From contig OX597816.1 of assembly GCA_951406725.2 (NCBI GenBank), forward strand, positions 49,166,001 to 49,230,000: a stretch of DNA of 64,000 nt. The letters run 5' to 3'. Origin of the DNA: Octopus vulgaris (Eukaryota). The notes beneath the pieces were generated by a model. That model ran no database searches. It saw only the letters and a list, made by a program, of their open reading frames with translations, and had not been told where the DNA came from. The translations under genes were made by a program, and so were the position numbers. Position 1 is the first letter of the stretch. Each line of letters starts with the position of its first letter. Below are positions 40,680 through 51,770 of the stretch, piece after piece.

Positions 40680-40975
40680 ATTAGAAGCATTTTCTTTTTT
40701 TATCGTTTAAAAAGAAATGTCTTGTTGAAAACGTGACTCGAATTCTTTTTCAAACTGTCAAAATCTTGAAGTGTATTTTTTTAAGAGCACTTTTCTATGT
40801 TTTAGTGCACTACTTAAGATGTATATTTGGTGGATGAATGGTTAGAATTTGTAATAAGAGAAAATGGTTAGGGGTATAAACTTACATCTTACATTCTGAT
40901 GCTAATTTTCTTACTCTTTGGAGTTTGTGAAATAAAGAGTTGTGCATGAAATTAGAACTGTGTCTCATGTAACGA

Positions 40976-42480
40976 AATTTTTTCGTTTGCAACCCACAAG
41001 AGGCTAAACACAGAGAGATAAATACAAACATATAAGTGGGAATAAAAAAAGACAAACGGATGGGGATAATGAATAAAGAAATGGGACGAAGCCGTTCGAC
41101 CCCACATCTGAACGACTTCATTTACTTTTTTTATATACAAATTTTACTTAAAATATACGTCGCTGAACTTTAACTTAGGCAGCAACTTAGTTGCGTCTGC
41201 TGTCACGCCCATGTCCAATATTTCTATCCCAGACTTTTCCATTAGTTTTACCTTCTCCTCCTGATACACTATGACGCTTCCAAAGTTTTTGGGTAAATCC
41301 TTCTCTCCTGCGTCCACCGACACAGGTAGGGTATTTGTGTTCATTAAATTGTTCTTCAGTTTTGCGTGTAAATTGTAAATTAGAGCAAAACACTTTTCGG
41401 GGGATGGGTGCTGGGAGGTTTCGGCACCTATATGTTTGTTTATTGTTTGTGTCAGGAGGGGCAAGGTTGGGGACTGCAGGGGGAGGATGTGACAGCTTGG
41501 GATCGGGTGGAGATTCACATTTTTCCCTCAGACATTTTCTCCCTTCTTTGCTTTGTTGTCCGTTCTTGTTCATTTTCCTTCTTTGGCTCCTCTTCACTTG
41601 TAGCCGTCTTTTCCGGAGGTGCGATTTTTTCTTTTCGTGCCTTTGATGCCTTTTCACTGGGTGGAGAGCATTCTGATTTAATGTGGCCTTTTCGCCACAT
41701 TTAAAACACTTTGGCGTCCTGCTCTCCACCATGACTCTCAACTTCATGTCCCCACCAACTGTAATGGTCTCTACTATCCTTTCTAAATCTTCCGGGATGG
41801 CCTGGATCAGAATTTCGAAGTCCTGGCCTTTGCCAATTCCTTCTCAGTACTCTTTTTGCCTGGAGGACCATAATCCGGTCCTCCATACCAAGTAGGATGG
41901 TTGCTTCAAGCCAGGTAACATCCAACTCCGGAGGATCTCATCTACCCTTACCTGAGAAGCACGTCTTCCTAGATAAATGGGTGGAAGGACCACCTCTTTC
42001 ATCTTGAGTAGAGTGACGGCATGCTGTCTGGCCACAGCCTCGGACGCCAACCGCAGCTCTAACATTGCGAACTTCCTCTCTCTAGTTAGGTATTCAACCT
42101 CTTTACATATGGGCTGCAGAGCCTTTTCCACTTCAGCTCTCGTAGTTACCTCTATCCAATAGAGTTTTATGTTGTATGTTCTATACAACCCCGTTCTTTT
42201 GGCTGCCTTTTCGGTAGTTTGTGTGGGAGGGGATAACTTAACATCATTCCCAAGCCTTTTCATCATTTTTTTGAATTTTTTAATTCCCTCCACATACACA
42301 TCTTCAAACCTCCGGCTTACCGCCTCTGCGAAATTCATCTTTTTCATGCTTTTATATATTTCATCTAGATATCTTATATCTCCTTCTCAGACGACGACAG
42401 GTCTGAGTAGCTAATTCTCTCTATTTTTCCGAGCCGCCTTCTTCAGTCAAGGGGTACAGCGTCAACAAAACTGCCGTAGG
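40976..42480 (-). mobile_element. L1/Tx1-like element with ORF1 only (gag-like CCHC knuckle), followed directly by a 3' tail
   Basis: Frameshifted ORF pieces at 41844..42347, 41187..41747, 41515..41700 and 41144..41518, which join to give CFKCGEKGHIKSEC. No endonuclease or RT lies between ORF1 and the tail at 40976-41140. Confidence 0.7.
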
Positions 42481-43924
42481 CAGCAGAAACAAGTACAACA
42501 ATTAATAACAAATAGAACTCAATACACTGTGACTAACATTTCGAACGTATTCCATAAATGGGAGGTAGCCCATGTAACGGAATATACACTAAAAGCTAGA
42601 GTTTCAATTTGCTTGCGGCCAAAGTCTACTAAAAGTAAGTGAAATATACATAAAAAGAAACAATTTTATGAAATGTTAAGCCTTTCCATTTTTTAATACA
42701 AGTAACGGGTGTTTTAACACCACCGTTTCGAATCCCTGCCCTCTGTGTTCAAATCCCATTGCACTGGTAGTTCTTGTTTTACGAAATACCCTTACAGAGC
42801 GGTTGATTGGCTGTACTGCATGAAAGTCGAAACGGATGTAATTTTTTTCTCATTAAATTCATATCACACCAAGATCTACATGCGTAGTAGATTTAATCTA
42901 TGGCTCGGTGTAATATGCCAGCTGACGCCATGATTGTCTTTAGCAAAATTCACTTCTTTACATGCTTTCGGACGAGATCTCTGACCGAGCAATATTACAT
43001 TTCACATTGCCACTACTTTCGGAGACCCTGTGAGGTGTTATGGGTACTGTTTTACCTTCTGACTAAAAGGTAAATAAGGAAGTATGTCGCTGGGTTGTTC
43101 TGACCGGCATTCTCTTCAATAAAGACAACTGATGTGATATGTAGTATAGATGTGAAATGTAATTTATCTCATTGCTTGATAGGGAGGACAAGGAACTGAT
43201 GTGCATATGGTGAAAAGAAATGTGGCTACGCTATTAAGGTATTTCTTGGGACCAGTGTGACTAGCGTGGTTTAATATCCTTGTCAACTAGCTGAACGTTA
43301 ACAGAAAAACAAATATCAGGCTTTGAGAAAACTCCAAGGAGAGGACTTCTTGGAATCAGAGGTAGAAAGATATGTGAGTGTATGGCAGAAGCACGAAAAT
43401 AGCGGACTTCCAAGAGCAGGAACCACTGTAACAGAGATAGAAAAATCAGAGTGGAGACAGAATATGCACGAGTAAGTGACTGGAGTGGGAAGGTGAACTA
43501 ATTTATGCCACTCTGTCTGGTGGCCCTCTTCCGATACACTCTATTTAGAACATGATTTGTATTTTTTCCAGTAAGGAACTTTACATTCTGGAACTCAGGT
43601 TCCTTTGCATTACACAAGGCACACAAACAGACACCATCCCATATATATATATCAAGGGTTGTATAGAAATAACATAACAAAGGGAGAAATTGACGTAAGC
43701 ATAAACACTAAAAATTAAACAGAAGCATAATACATGGAAAATTTGAAGCTGATTCTTCATCCGTCAATGTCCAAGACATTTTAGTCGTTTCGCGCTTTTA
43801 ACTTTGATTCCACTCCGTCTTGGCAGCGCCAAAGCAGAAAAGATCTGGGAATATTTAACAAGGACAAAAACAAGTAAGACAAGCTAAACAAATATTATTT
43901 CTTCTACTCGAAGTAAGGTCAGTA

Positions 43925-43959
<35 letters not shown>

Positions 43960-43964
<5 letters not shown>

Positions 43965-44188
43965 GAAATGAAGAAAATGCTGACAAATAATTGAAGTAAT
44001 TTAAGTAATTTAATTAGGTGAAAGTTCTTTTTACCGGTTGCGCATTTGTTATGCTTATCAAAATATGCTTATCAAAATATCATATTTTGATAAGCATAAC
44101 AAATGCGCAACCGGTAAAAAGAACTTTCACCTAATTAAATTACTTAAATTACTTCAATTATTTGTCAGCATTTTCTTCATTTCCTTTT
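43960..44188. repeat. Perfect inverted repeat (108-bp arms) of a pLTR-like element with a variant HHR motif
   Basis: Arms 43960-44067 and 44081-44188. A dispersed paralogue lies at 60301-60457. Flanked by (TA)n. Confidence 0.85.
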
Positions 44189-44226
44189 TTATATATCACC
44201 ACTCGTGTTCGACATCTCCTTTTTTT

Positions 44227-44272
<46 letters not shown>

Positions 44273-44274
<2 letters not shown>

Positions 44275-44415
44275 GGGTGTCCAAAAAGTTTCGCTTGATT
44301 CGTATTTTGAAAACCATTGTAGGTTTTTCAATTAAGTGTATTCTATAGAACATTACAATACAATGACACAAGGCACAATAAAATAAAAATGTAGTGAAAC
44401 TTCCTGGACACCCTA
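44273..44415. mobile_element. Tc1/mariner-type MITE
   Basis: TIRs cagggtgtccaaaaagtttcgct / agtgaaacttcctggacacccta, in a TA-rich context. Confidence 0.65.
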
Positions 44416-44435
44416 TATATACATACATACATACA

Positions 44436-44506
<71 letters not shown>

Positions 44507-44551
44507 ATGTGTGTGTACGTGAATGAGTATGCATGCATATATATATATAAT

Positions 44552-44624
44552 AAATATAAATTAGAGATAAAACCACTATTAGGCAACTCAAACAGTGATA
44601 TACATAAACCAATACACAAATAAC

Positions 44625-44665
<41 letters not shown>

Positions 44666-45054
44666 TATTTTTTTTAATATATAACTTATAACTAGATCTC
44701 AAAAAGTATAAAATGAATGAAAATATATAATATAATATATAAAAACACTACCTACGTTTCATGGCTATAATTAAATTCGAATTGCAGTTAAGTTTAAATT
44801 CAATTGAAATAAATTTGATTTAAAATCATAGCCAATCTTCAGGTTATTTCAATTGAATTTAATTATAGAAATGAAATGTACGTAGTGTTTTTACATTTTA
44901 TATTATATTTTATCATTCATTTTATACTTTTTGAGATCTTGTAATAAGTTATATATTTAAAAAAAAGTTATATATATATTAGTTATTTATGTATTGGTTT
45001 ATGTCTATCACTGTTTGAGTTGCATAATAGTGGTTTTATCTCTAATTTATATTT
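44552..45054. repeat. Diverged fold-back (~230-bp arms) with an HHR-like motif on the minus strand at 44750-44845
   Basis: Arms share aattagagataaaaccactatt...gatctcaaaaagtataaaatgaatga. The minus strand reads CTGAAGA-t-TGGCTAT...ATAGCCA-t-GAAA-CG-TA. Confidence 0.75.
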
Positions 45055-45148
45055 TATCATATCTATTTATACTGTGAGATTTGATTTAATACTAAATTGA
45101 ATTTTCCCCTGTAAGCTTGGAGTTATACTCCCTAATATTATTATATAT

Positions 45149-45182
45149 TACAGCTAATGATTTGCATACCGTAAGAGTTTAA

Positions 45183-45230
<48 letters not shown>

Positions 45231-45264
45231 TTAAACTCTTACGGTATGCAAATCATTAGCTGTA
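45149..45264. repeat. Perfect 34-bp inverted repeat enclosing (TA)n
   Basis: tacagctaatgatttgcataccgtaagagtttaa / ttaaactcttacggtatgcaaatcattagctgta. Confidence 0.85.
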
Positions 45265-45450
45265 GTTTTCTGTTGCTAAAAGATTTCTTGAGTACTTGAT
45301 GAGAAACCAATAGGGTTAAATAGAGAAAGACTTCATCATTTTTATATTCTCTCAATCTAGGGATAAACAGCAAACTTTACTCTGGACGCACAAATCACAT
45401 TTTATGTCATTAGCACTGTCTCGTAAAAATAAGAGACATTTGTCCCTTAC

Positions 45451-45549
45451 ATGAATTTTAGCAATCATAAGACAGGAAATAATCATTACACCATATGCTG
45501 ATTGAATCATGCCATTTGGAATACCTTTCATCATATCAAATAATCCAAG
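45451..45549 (-). CDS. Candidate 99-bp internal coding exon of an unidentified host gene
   Basis: Acceptor cttctctttatttgtcag| and donor |gtaagg. Only frame 0 is open (LGLFDMMKGIPNGMIQSAYGVMIISCLMIAKIH). No homologue recognised. Confidence 0.3.
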
Positions 45550-46589
45550 CTGACAAATAAAGAGAAGTAGCACGTATCAATATGTATAGTAAAGAAAAAC
45601 AATATTTTTCGGACATGACCAGCGCCATCTTATCAACATGATAATCCCCTGGCAAATCAATGCGCTGGATTATATGGTATTTATTTATTGACCGTTGACC
45701 ACAGCATGCATAAATCAGAATTTGGTTTATGTACCGGTTTTCCTCACGTCCATACATTAAGACGGCAACGGGCAGGACCAAATATAGTTTGGACTATAGC
45801 CGTGTCAAATCTGGTTTGCAGCCACATCTTTTTCAAGGCTGTCGACATTAGCAGAATATGTGACATCACATATAAAAATTCTTGCTTCATTATTTGAGTT
45901 ACGCGCAATAAAATTTAGAATAAAAAAAATAGAACAAATTTAATTTTTTTTTGTGCTTCCAAACAAATTAATGGTTCATATTAATACGAAGGAATTGAGA
46001 TTACTTGGTGAAAATAAAAGATTCCCCTAGTGCAAGATTTCAAACGTTAACTGTTTTCACTTTCGTAAATGAATGGAGAAAGTGAGACAGTAGTTTCTCA
46101 CATATAGTTTAAGTGAATAACCGATTCTAAGAAACATGGGAATAACAAAAACTCGTATAATTGACCGCTGAGGATAGCAGGTAAACTGGCTTATGCTAAC
46201 TTTAAATGAAGCTACTATCATTATTATTCAGCCTCACTAAAATTGTTTTATCTCTCCACTACCTGCCGTATCATAAATGGAATAGCTCAAATTTTAACAT
46301 TAACACTTTAACGAATCTTTCATAATAACAGGTGAGGTTATTGGTTTCTAAATGAAAATCAATTTCTTTCTCTAGCCAAGCACGATTATACTTTCATTTT
46401 TTAAAAATTATTTTTTTCGGCACGACATAAAAAATATACTTTAGTAATTACCTCAGCCTCCAAAATTCTTTTACGAACCTAGAGTAGAGAATAAATACTT
46501 CTAATGCAAAGTACATAAATAAAAACAAAGACTTAATAAATTAGTAGAAGCTCGAATTAAATAAATGGTGAAAGGATACTGAGAAAAAT

Positions 46590-47660
46590 ACAATTCTTTC
46601 TACTATGGGCAAAACGTCTGAAATTTTGGGGGAGGTGGTTAATCGATTACATCGACTCCAGTAGAAGGCTGGTACGTATTTTACTGACATCGAAAGAATG
46701 AAAGGCAAATTCGGCGGAATGCGAACTGGAAATGGCGTGATAAATATTCTGCCGACTCGTCTCCGCATTGAAAATAATGGTAAAGAAAAATTAGATGACG
46801 CCAGAGTTAGTCTACAAACATTTGCCCGTTCAATACTATACAGTCGTATTTCGTTTACATAAGCAGCCAGTGGTCTCTATGTGGTCACTCAACCTTCGAG
46901 TAATAGCAGCGAAGTAACAGATAATTTAGATAATATAAATTGAATACAGTATGTCAGAATAAAGATAACGTGCCTCATGACTAAAACTTACTTAATCATT
47001 GGCCTTCGCAAGCAAAGTTAACCTGGGGCTAAATAACAACATGAGGTCACAATTGCTAATAATAGGCCTCACTAAACAATAACCTCACCTGCTGTATATG
47101 AAGGATTCGCAAATGACTTAACGTAAAATCTTGGTATATTACATGTATGATACGGCAGATAGTTAAGAGTTAAAACATTTTTGGTACATATAGCAACACT
47201 AGTAGTCAATATATAACAAAAATAAGGCGGTGAGCTGGCAGAATCGTTAGCACGCTGGGCAAAATGCTTAGCGGCATCTCGTCTGTCTTTATATTCTGAG
47301 TTGAAATACTTCAAAGGTTGACTTTGCCTTTCATCGTTTTGAAGTCGATAAAATAAGTACCAGTTGAATACTGGAGTCGACGTAATCGACTTAGCCTCTC
47401 CTCAAAATCGCTGGCCTTGTATCAAAGTTTGAAATCAATATATAGTAAAAGTAAGATGGTGAGTTGGCAGAACCGTTAGAACTGCCGACAAAATACTTGG
47501 CGACATTTCGTCCGTCTTTTCATTATGAGTTAAAATTCCGTCGAGGTTTTGTCTTTCATCCCTCTCGGGGTCGATAAGATAAATATACGTAAAGCACTGG
47601 GGTCGATGAAATATACTTCCTCCTCCACCAAAATTACTGTCCTTGCGCAAACGCAAAACC
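46590..47660. mobile_element. Diverged SINE family B copies (46590-46770 minus; 47224-47660 plus)
   Basis: aaggcggtgagctggcagaatcgttagc head and gactttgcctttcatc core. Confidence 0.75.
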
Positions 47661-48397
47661 AATATATAAAAAAAGTAGATTAATTGGCAAAGATATAAAT
47701 GTGCCCTTCGGTATTTGGCCAGGGATATTGTGATCTGCGATCAAGTCTTTCGGATGTTAAATTTTCCTTTCAATGACTCGGGGTCAATATAAAAACCAGG
47801 CTAGGCCAGGGCAGTGGATGGACAGGATCGTTAACGTACCAGATGGTATTTATTGCCCCATGTGTTACGGCTTTTTTGCTTTCTGCGTTCAAATCCACCC
47901 AAATCACAAAATAATGGTGAGATTTCTTTAAGGATTTAGGGATACAGAAAGCAACCAAACAACAACAACAAGACAAACAGAAAAACGATGGAAATATAAC
48001 AATCTGTTGAAGGATGGAGACAATGATTCAAGTGATGAACTGAGAAGGAAAGAAAAAAATTTAAATAACGCCGGTCATTGCATCAACGCTGATCACGTGA
48101 TAATGTAAACCTTTACATCTTTCATTTTCTTCATTTACACTCATGAAGCCTACTTCTGTTTAGCTGATTTTCTCTTCCATATCCGCCCAACTAAGTTCGT
48201 ACTTATAGACGGCTTTCTAAATTGGAGCCACCTACACCGAATAAAGAAATTAGAACTAAAGTTTTCATTTATATGTGCATTACTTGGTGAATACATATAT
48301 ATAGTGTGATTGTGTTAGTGTTCTTCGACACATAAGCGCACAAACACTCACACTCACACACACATGCATAATCTGTCTTTCTCTCCCCTCTCTGTGT

Positions 48398-48452
<55 letters not shown>

Positions 48453-49216
48453 TGAATATACACAAACATTCAAATATGTGTCTATGTGTGCATGTCTCTG
48501 TATGCAACTAGAGAGAACGAGAGAAAAATAATAAAGAATCCAACATAAGGAGTACACACACATACACACTCACACAAGCACACACACACACAATCCTTGA
48601 GATATCAGATGAAAAAAACAAGATCATTTTTGATCAAAGACCATGGAAAACAATGGAAAACCATGTGTATAAACAAAAACACAAAAAAAAAACGGGAAAA
48701 CATTACAATGAAATTGGAAAATAAAGATATTGATGTAATACACAGAGATATATAAAAAAGTGGTTGAATACAAACTCGAACAAATTAAATGTTAAAATAA
48801 CCTTTAAACAAAAATAAATGGATAACATGAATAAGACAAATAACGAGTTGTCTTTAAAGTAGACTTTGGAAATGTACCAGTCCCTAATGTCTTTCAGTAA
48901 TGATTGAAATGCTTTATGGAACGTTTTTCTCTTTTATTCTAATGCCAAACTAAAGTCTTTCAGTGTAAGTAGGAGTCGTTCTGATAGTTTAAAGACAACC
49001 CAGTATTGTTTTGTTTCCATCCAGAGTTGTTTATTTGTTTTTCACGAAAATTGTGCCTGATCAATATTGACATCGTAAGCGTAAGATTGTGTGCAGTGAG
49101 TTTCTCGGCGTTATATATTATTGGAATCGTGTTTTTATCGTTGGTGTACGTATGCTTGAATATATATATATATATATACATCCTTTTCAGTATGTTGACC
49201 TCGTGAAGACCACTTG

Positions 49217-49393
49217 CATTTTTTTCCCTCTGTCCTCCCACCTCGGGATCTTTCTTTCTCCTATGTTTCCGACGTAGAGCTCCGCTCGAAACGTCATACC
49301 TCCTTCTTCCCGTTTTTCCTGAGCGCCCAATAATACTTTAATTGTTCCACATCCTCGCGTTGTTGTCTTTTTGTTTTCTTGTTTGGATTAACT
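49217..49393 (+). mobile_element. Penelope-pLTR-like repeat with HHR-like motif (49265-49299), paralogue of 15685-15862
   Basis: gttt-CCGACGT-a-GAGC-tcc-GCTC-GAAA-CG-TC-atac. Confidence 0.65.
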
Positions 49394-49598
49394 TTATATA
49401 TATATATATATATGCAAACACACACACACACAAACATTTTCTTTATTTGCTTGATCTTGTCTTTGGACTACAATCATATTGTGTCGTCCCCGTGAAGTGT
49501 TTTCAAATCGACCGGGTACTTTCTTTTGCGTTTGTTACGTATTTGTGTTTGTATGCAGGTGTGTATGTGCGTACACACACACACACACACATACACGT

Positions 49599-49636
<38 letters not shown>

Positions 49637-50044
49637 CTATACACTCACACGAGTATGCTCCAAGACCATTTCATTTCACAAGATCGATACACTTGTTTGA
49701 TCCATGACGTGTGTGAAGGTCGGAACCAATGGTATAGTCATACACACCGAACATCGAGCCTGCAGCAGGCAATGCCAAGCTAAAGCACTGAAACTTTTCT
49801 CCCCTAACCCTAGAAACAGATATATATCTATCAGCGTAACAGTGTATATATGATATAACCAATAACCTACAATTGATAATGAATGAAGCCAGTTGATTAT
49901 TAGCTTTGGCACGCCACTTGAACGTAAACTTGTCCCCCTACAAGCTTTGTTTCGTTGGCGATGATTACTCAAATGTTTTATTAGAGCATTTCAGTAAAAT
50001 TATATTAATGTGTCCAACTGATTAACATTTCTTTTTATTTATTT

Positions 50045-50132
50045 ATGCAGCTGAGGATAGTCCTGCACTTAAATTGCTGTGATGATTGCATTGTTCTATT
50101 AAATGGAGCCGCTTGAAACGGTCGTACTGCAT
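50045..50132 (+). ncRNA. Type I hammerhead ribozyme with a long, poorly paired helix II region
   Basis: atgcag-CTGAGGA-(57 nt)-GAAA-CGGTCG-TA-ctgcat. Perfect 6-bp stem I, intact core, near-palindromic stem III and a GUA triplet. Confidence 0.65.
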
Positions 50133-50699
50133 CACCTCTTGATATCCTGCTTATATATATATATCAAGGGCCAGTTTTTATTGCGGGTATCGGGTCTCAG
50201 AACTCAAATTGCTGGAACAGACGCCACAAGTTTTTTTCTTCCGGGAGCCTAACTGTTATATATAACTTTGTTGATTTCATCAAATTGTGGTTTTGACATT
50301 GAAAATAGCATACCTGTGAGTGTGTATGTGCGTGCGCGCGCATGTTTGTGTGCGTGTGGTTGTGTGTGTGGTGGTGGTGGTGTGTACATGTGCGTTAGTG
50401 AATACACCGGTGTAATTTTGACGGCTTTTGTTTATCACATGATGAATGATATTACAGCACAAATTTCTTTCATTACATTTATTTTGAGCGTTTTTTAATA
50501 ATGTTTAGAAATTGGAAAAGGGAAGACGAATACCAGAAATTTGTTTATGCTTAAACTGTCGAATGTTATTTCTGAGTGACAGCTCTATGTGGAAAATTGG
50601 AAGTTAAGTAGGTTGCGCTATCAGCTTTGTCAGTGTGTGCAAATGAGAACAGCCAATAACAAAATTCGCATTGTCAGTGGATTTCGAAGCACGACGTAC

Positions 50700-50788
<89 letters not shown>

Positions 50789-50906
50789 AATCAAGGAACG
50801 GCCATAATAGGCCATTCACCCACTAGAAATAACAGCCAAAAGCTTTAACCGCAAAATAACATTAATTCCGTAAACCAGGAGAAAATTGAAAAACTTTTAC
50901 CCTGTA

Positions 50907-51013
50907 ATTTCTTAGACGATGCACCGTTTCATCTACCGTTTAATGGTAAACTAACCTGATTAAATTAAATCAAGCCAATCCACCATAGGCCCTTAGACTC
51001 ATCAGTAAGAAAT
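50907..51013 (-). ncRNA. Intact type I hammerhead ribozyme (mirror copy)
   Basis: Reverse complement of 51443-51549. Confidence 0.9.
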
Positions 51014-51442
51014 AGCCAAGTCGGAACAGATATTTTTCACGAGGCATTCCTCTTGCTACCTCGGCAATATCTGACCTAAAATCTTCAAATCGTCGCACTC
51101 GCGCCAAATTTATCGGCAGCAAATAAATATAAGCCACCGATTCCATTACGGAACTAACCAGAAAATTCATAATTAATCAATATAGGGTGGCAAAAAAATT
51201 TTGTAGAATTCTTTTGCCACCAACGGCCAACGTTGGTGGCAAAAGAATTCTACAAAATTTTTTTGCCACCCTATATTGATTAATTATGAATTTTCTGGTT
51301 AGTTCCGTAATGGAATCGGTGGCTTATATTTATTTGCTGCCGATAAATTTGGCGCGAGTGCGACGATTTGAAGATTTTAGGTCAGATATTGCCGAGGTAG
51401 CAAGAGGAATGCCTCGTGAAAAATATCTGTTCCGACTTGGCT

Positions 51443-51549
51443 ATTTCTTACTGATGAGTCTAAGGGCCTATGGTGGATTGGCTTGATTTAATTTAATCAG
51501 GTTAGTTTACCATTAAACGGTAGATGAAACGGTGCATCGTCTAAGAAAT
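51443..51549 (+). ncRNA. Intact type I hammerhead ribozyme
   Basis: Stem I atttctta/taagaaat (8 bp). CTGATGA at 51451-57. Helix II gtcta/tagat capped by a long G-U-rich hairpin. GAAA at 51526-29. Stem III acggtgcatcgt. Predicted cleavage after GUC at 51541. Confidence 0.9.
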
Positions 51550-51770
51550 TACAGGGTAAAAGTTTTTCAATTTTCTCCTGGTTTACGGAATTAATGTTAT
51601 TTTGCGGTTAAAGCTTTTGGCTGTTATTTCTAGTGGGTGAATGGCCTATTATGGCCGTTCCTTGATTGTGATGTTGAACGTAAAAATGGTTTATGACTAT
51701 TTAATTTTTTTCCCACTAGGCCGTTGGTGGCAAAAGAATTCTACAAAATTTTTTTGCCACCCTATATTGA

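Noticed and set aside
43100-43500. Possible ancient Tx1 ORF2 C-terminal remnant
   Set aside because: The similarity is too faint to support by eye and needs an HMM search.
51286-51486. 66-aa ORF present on both strands (also 50970..51170)
   Set aside because: The duplication is just the palindrome. The ORF has no recognisable domain and runs through the ribozyme and hairpins, so it is probably incidental.
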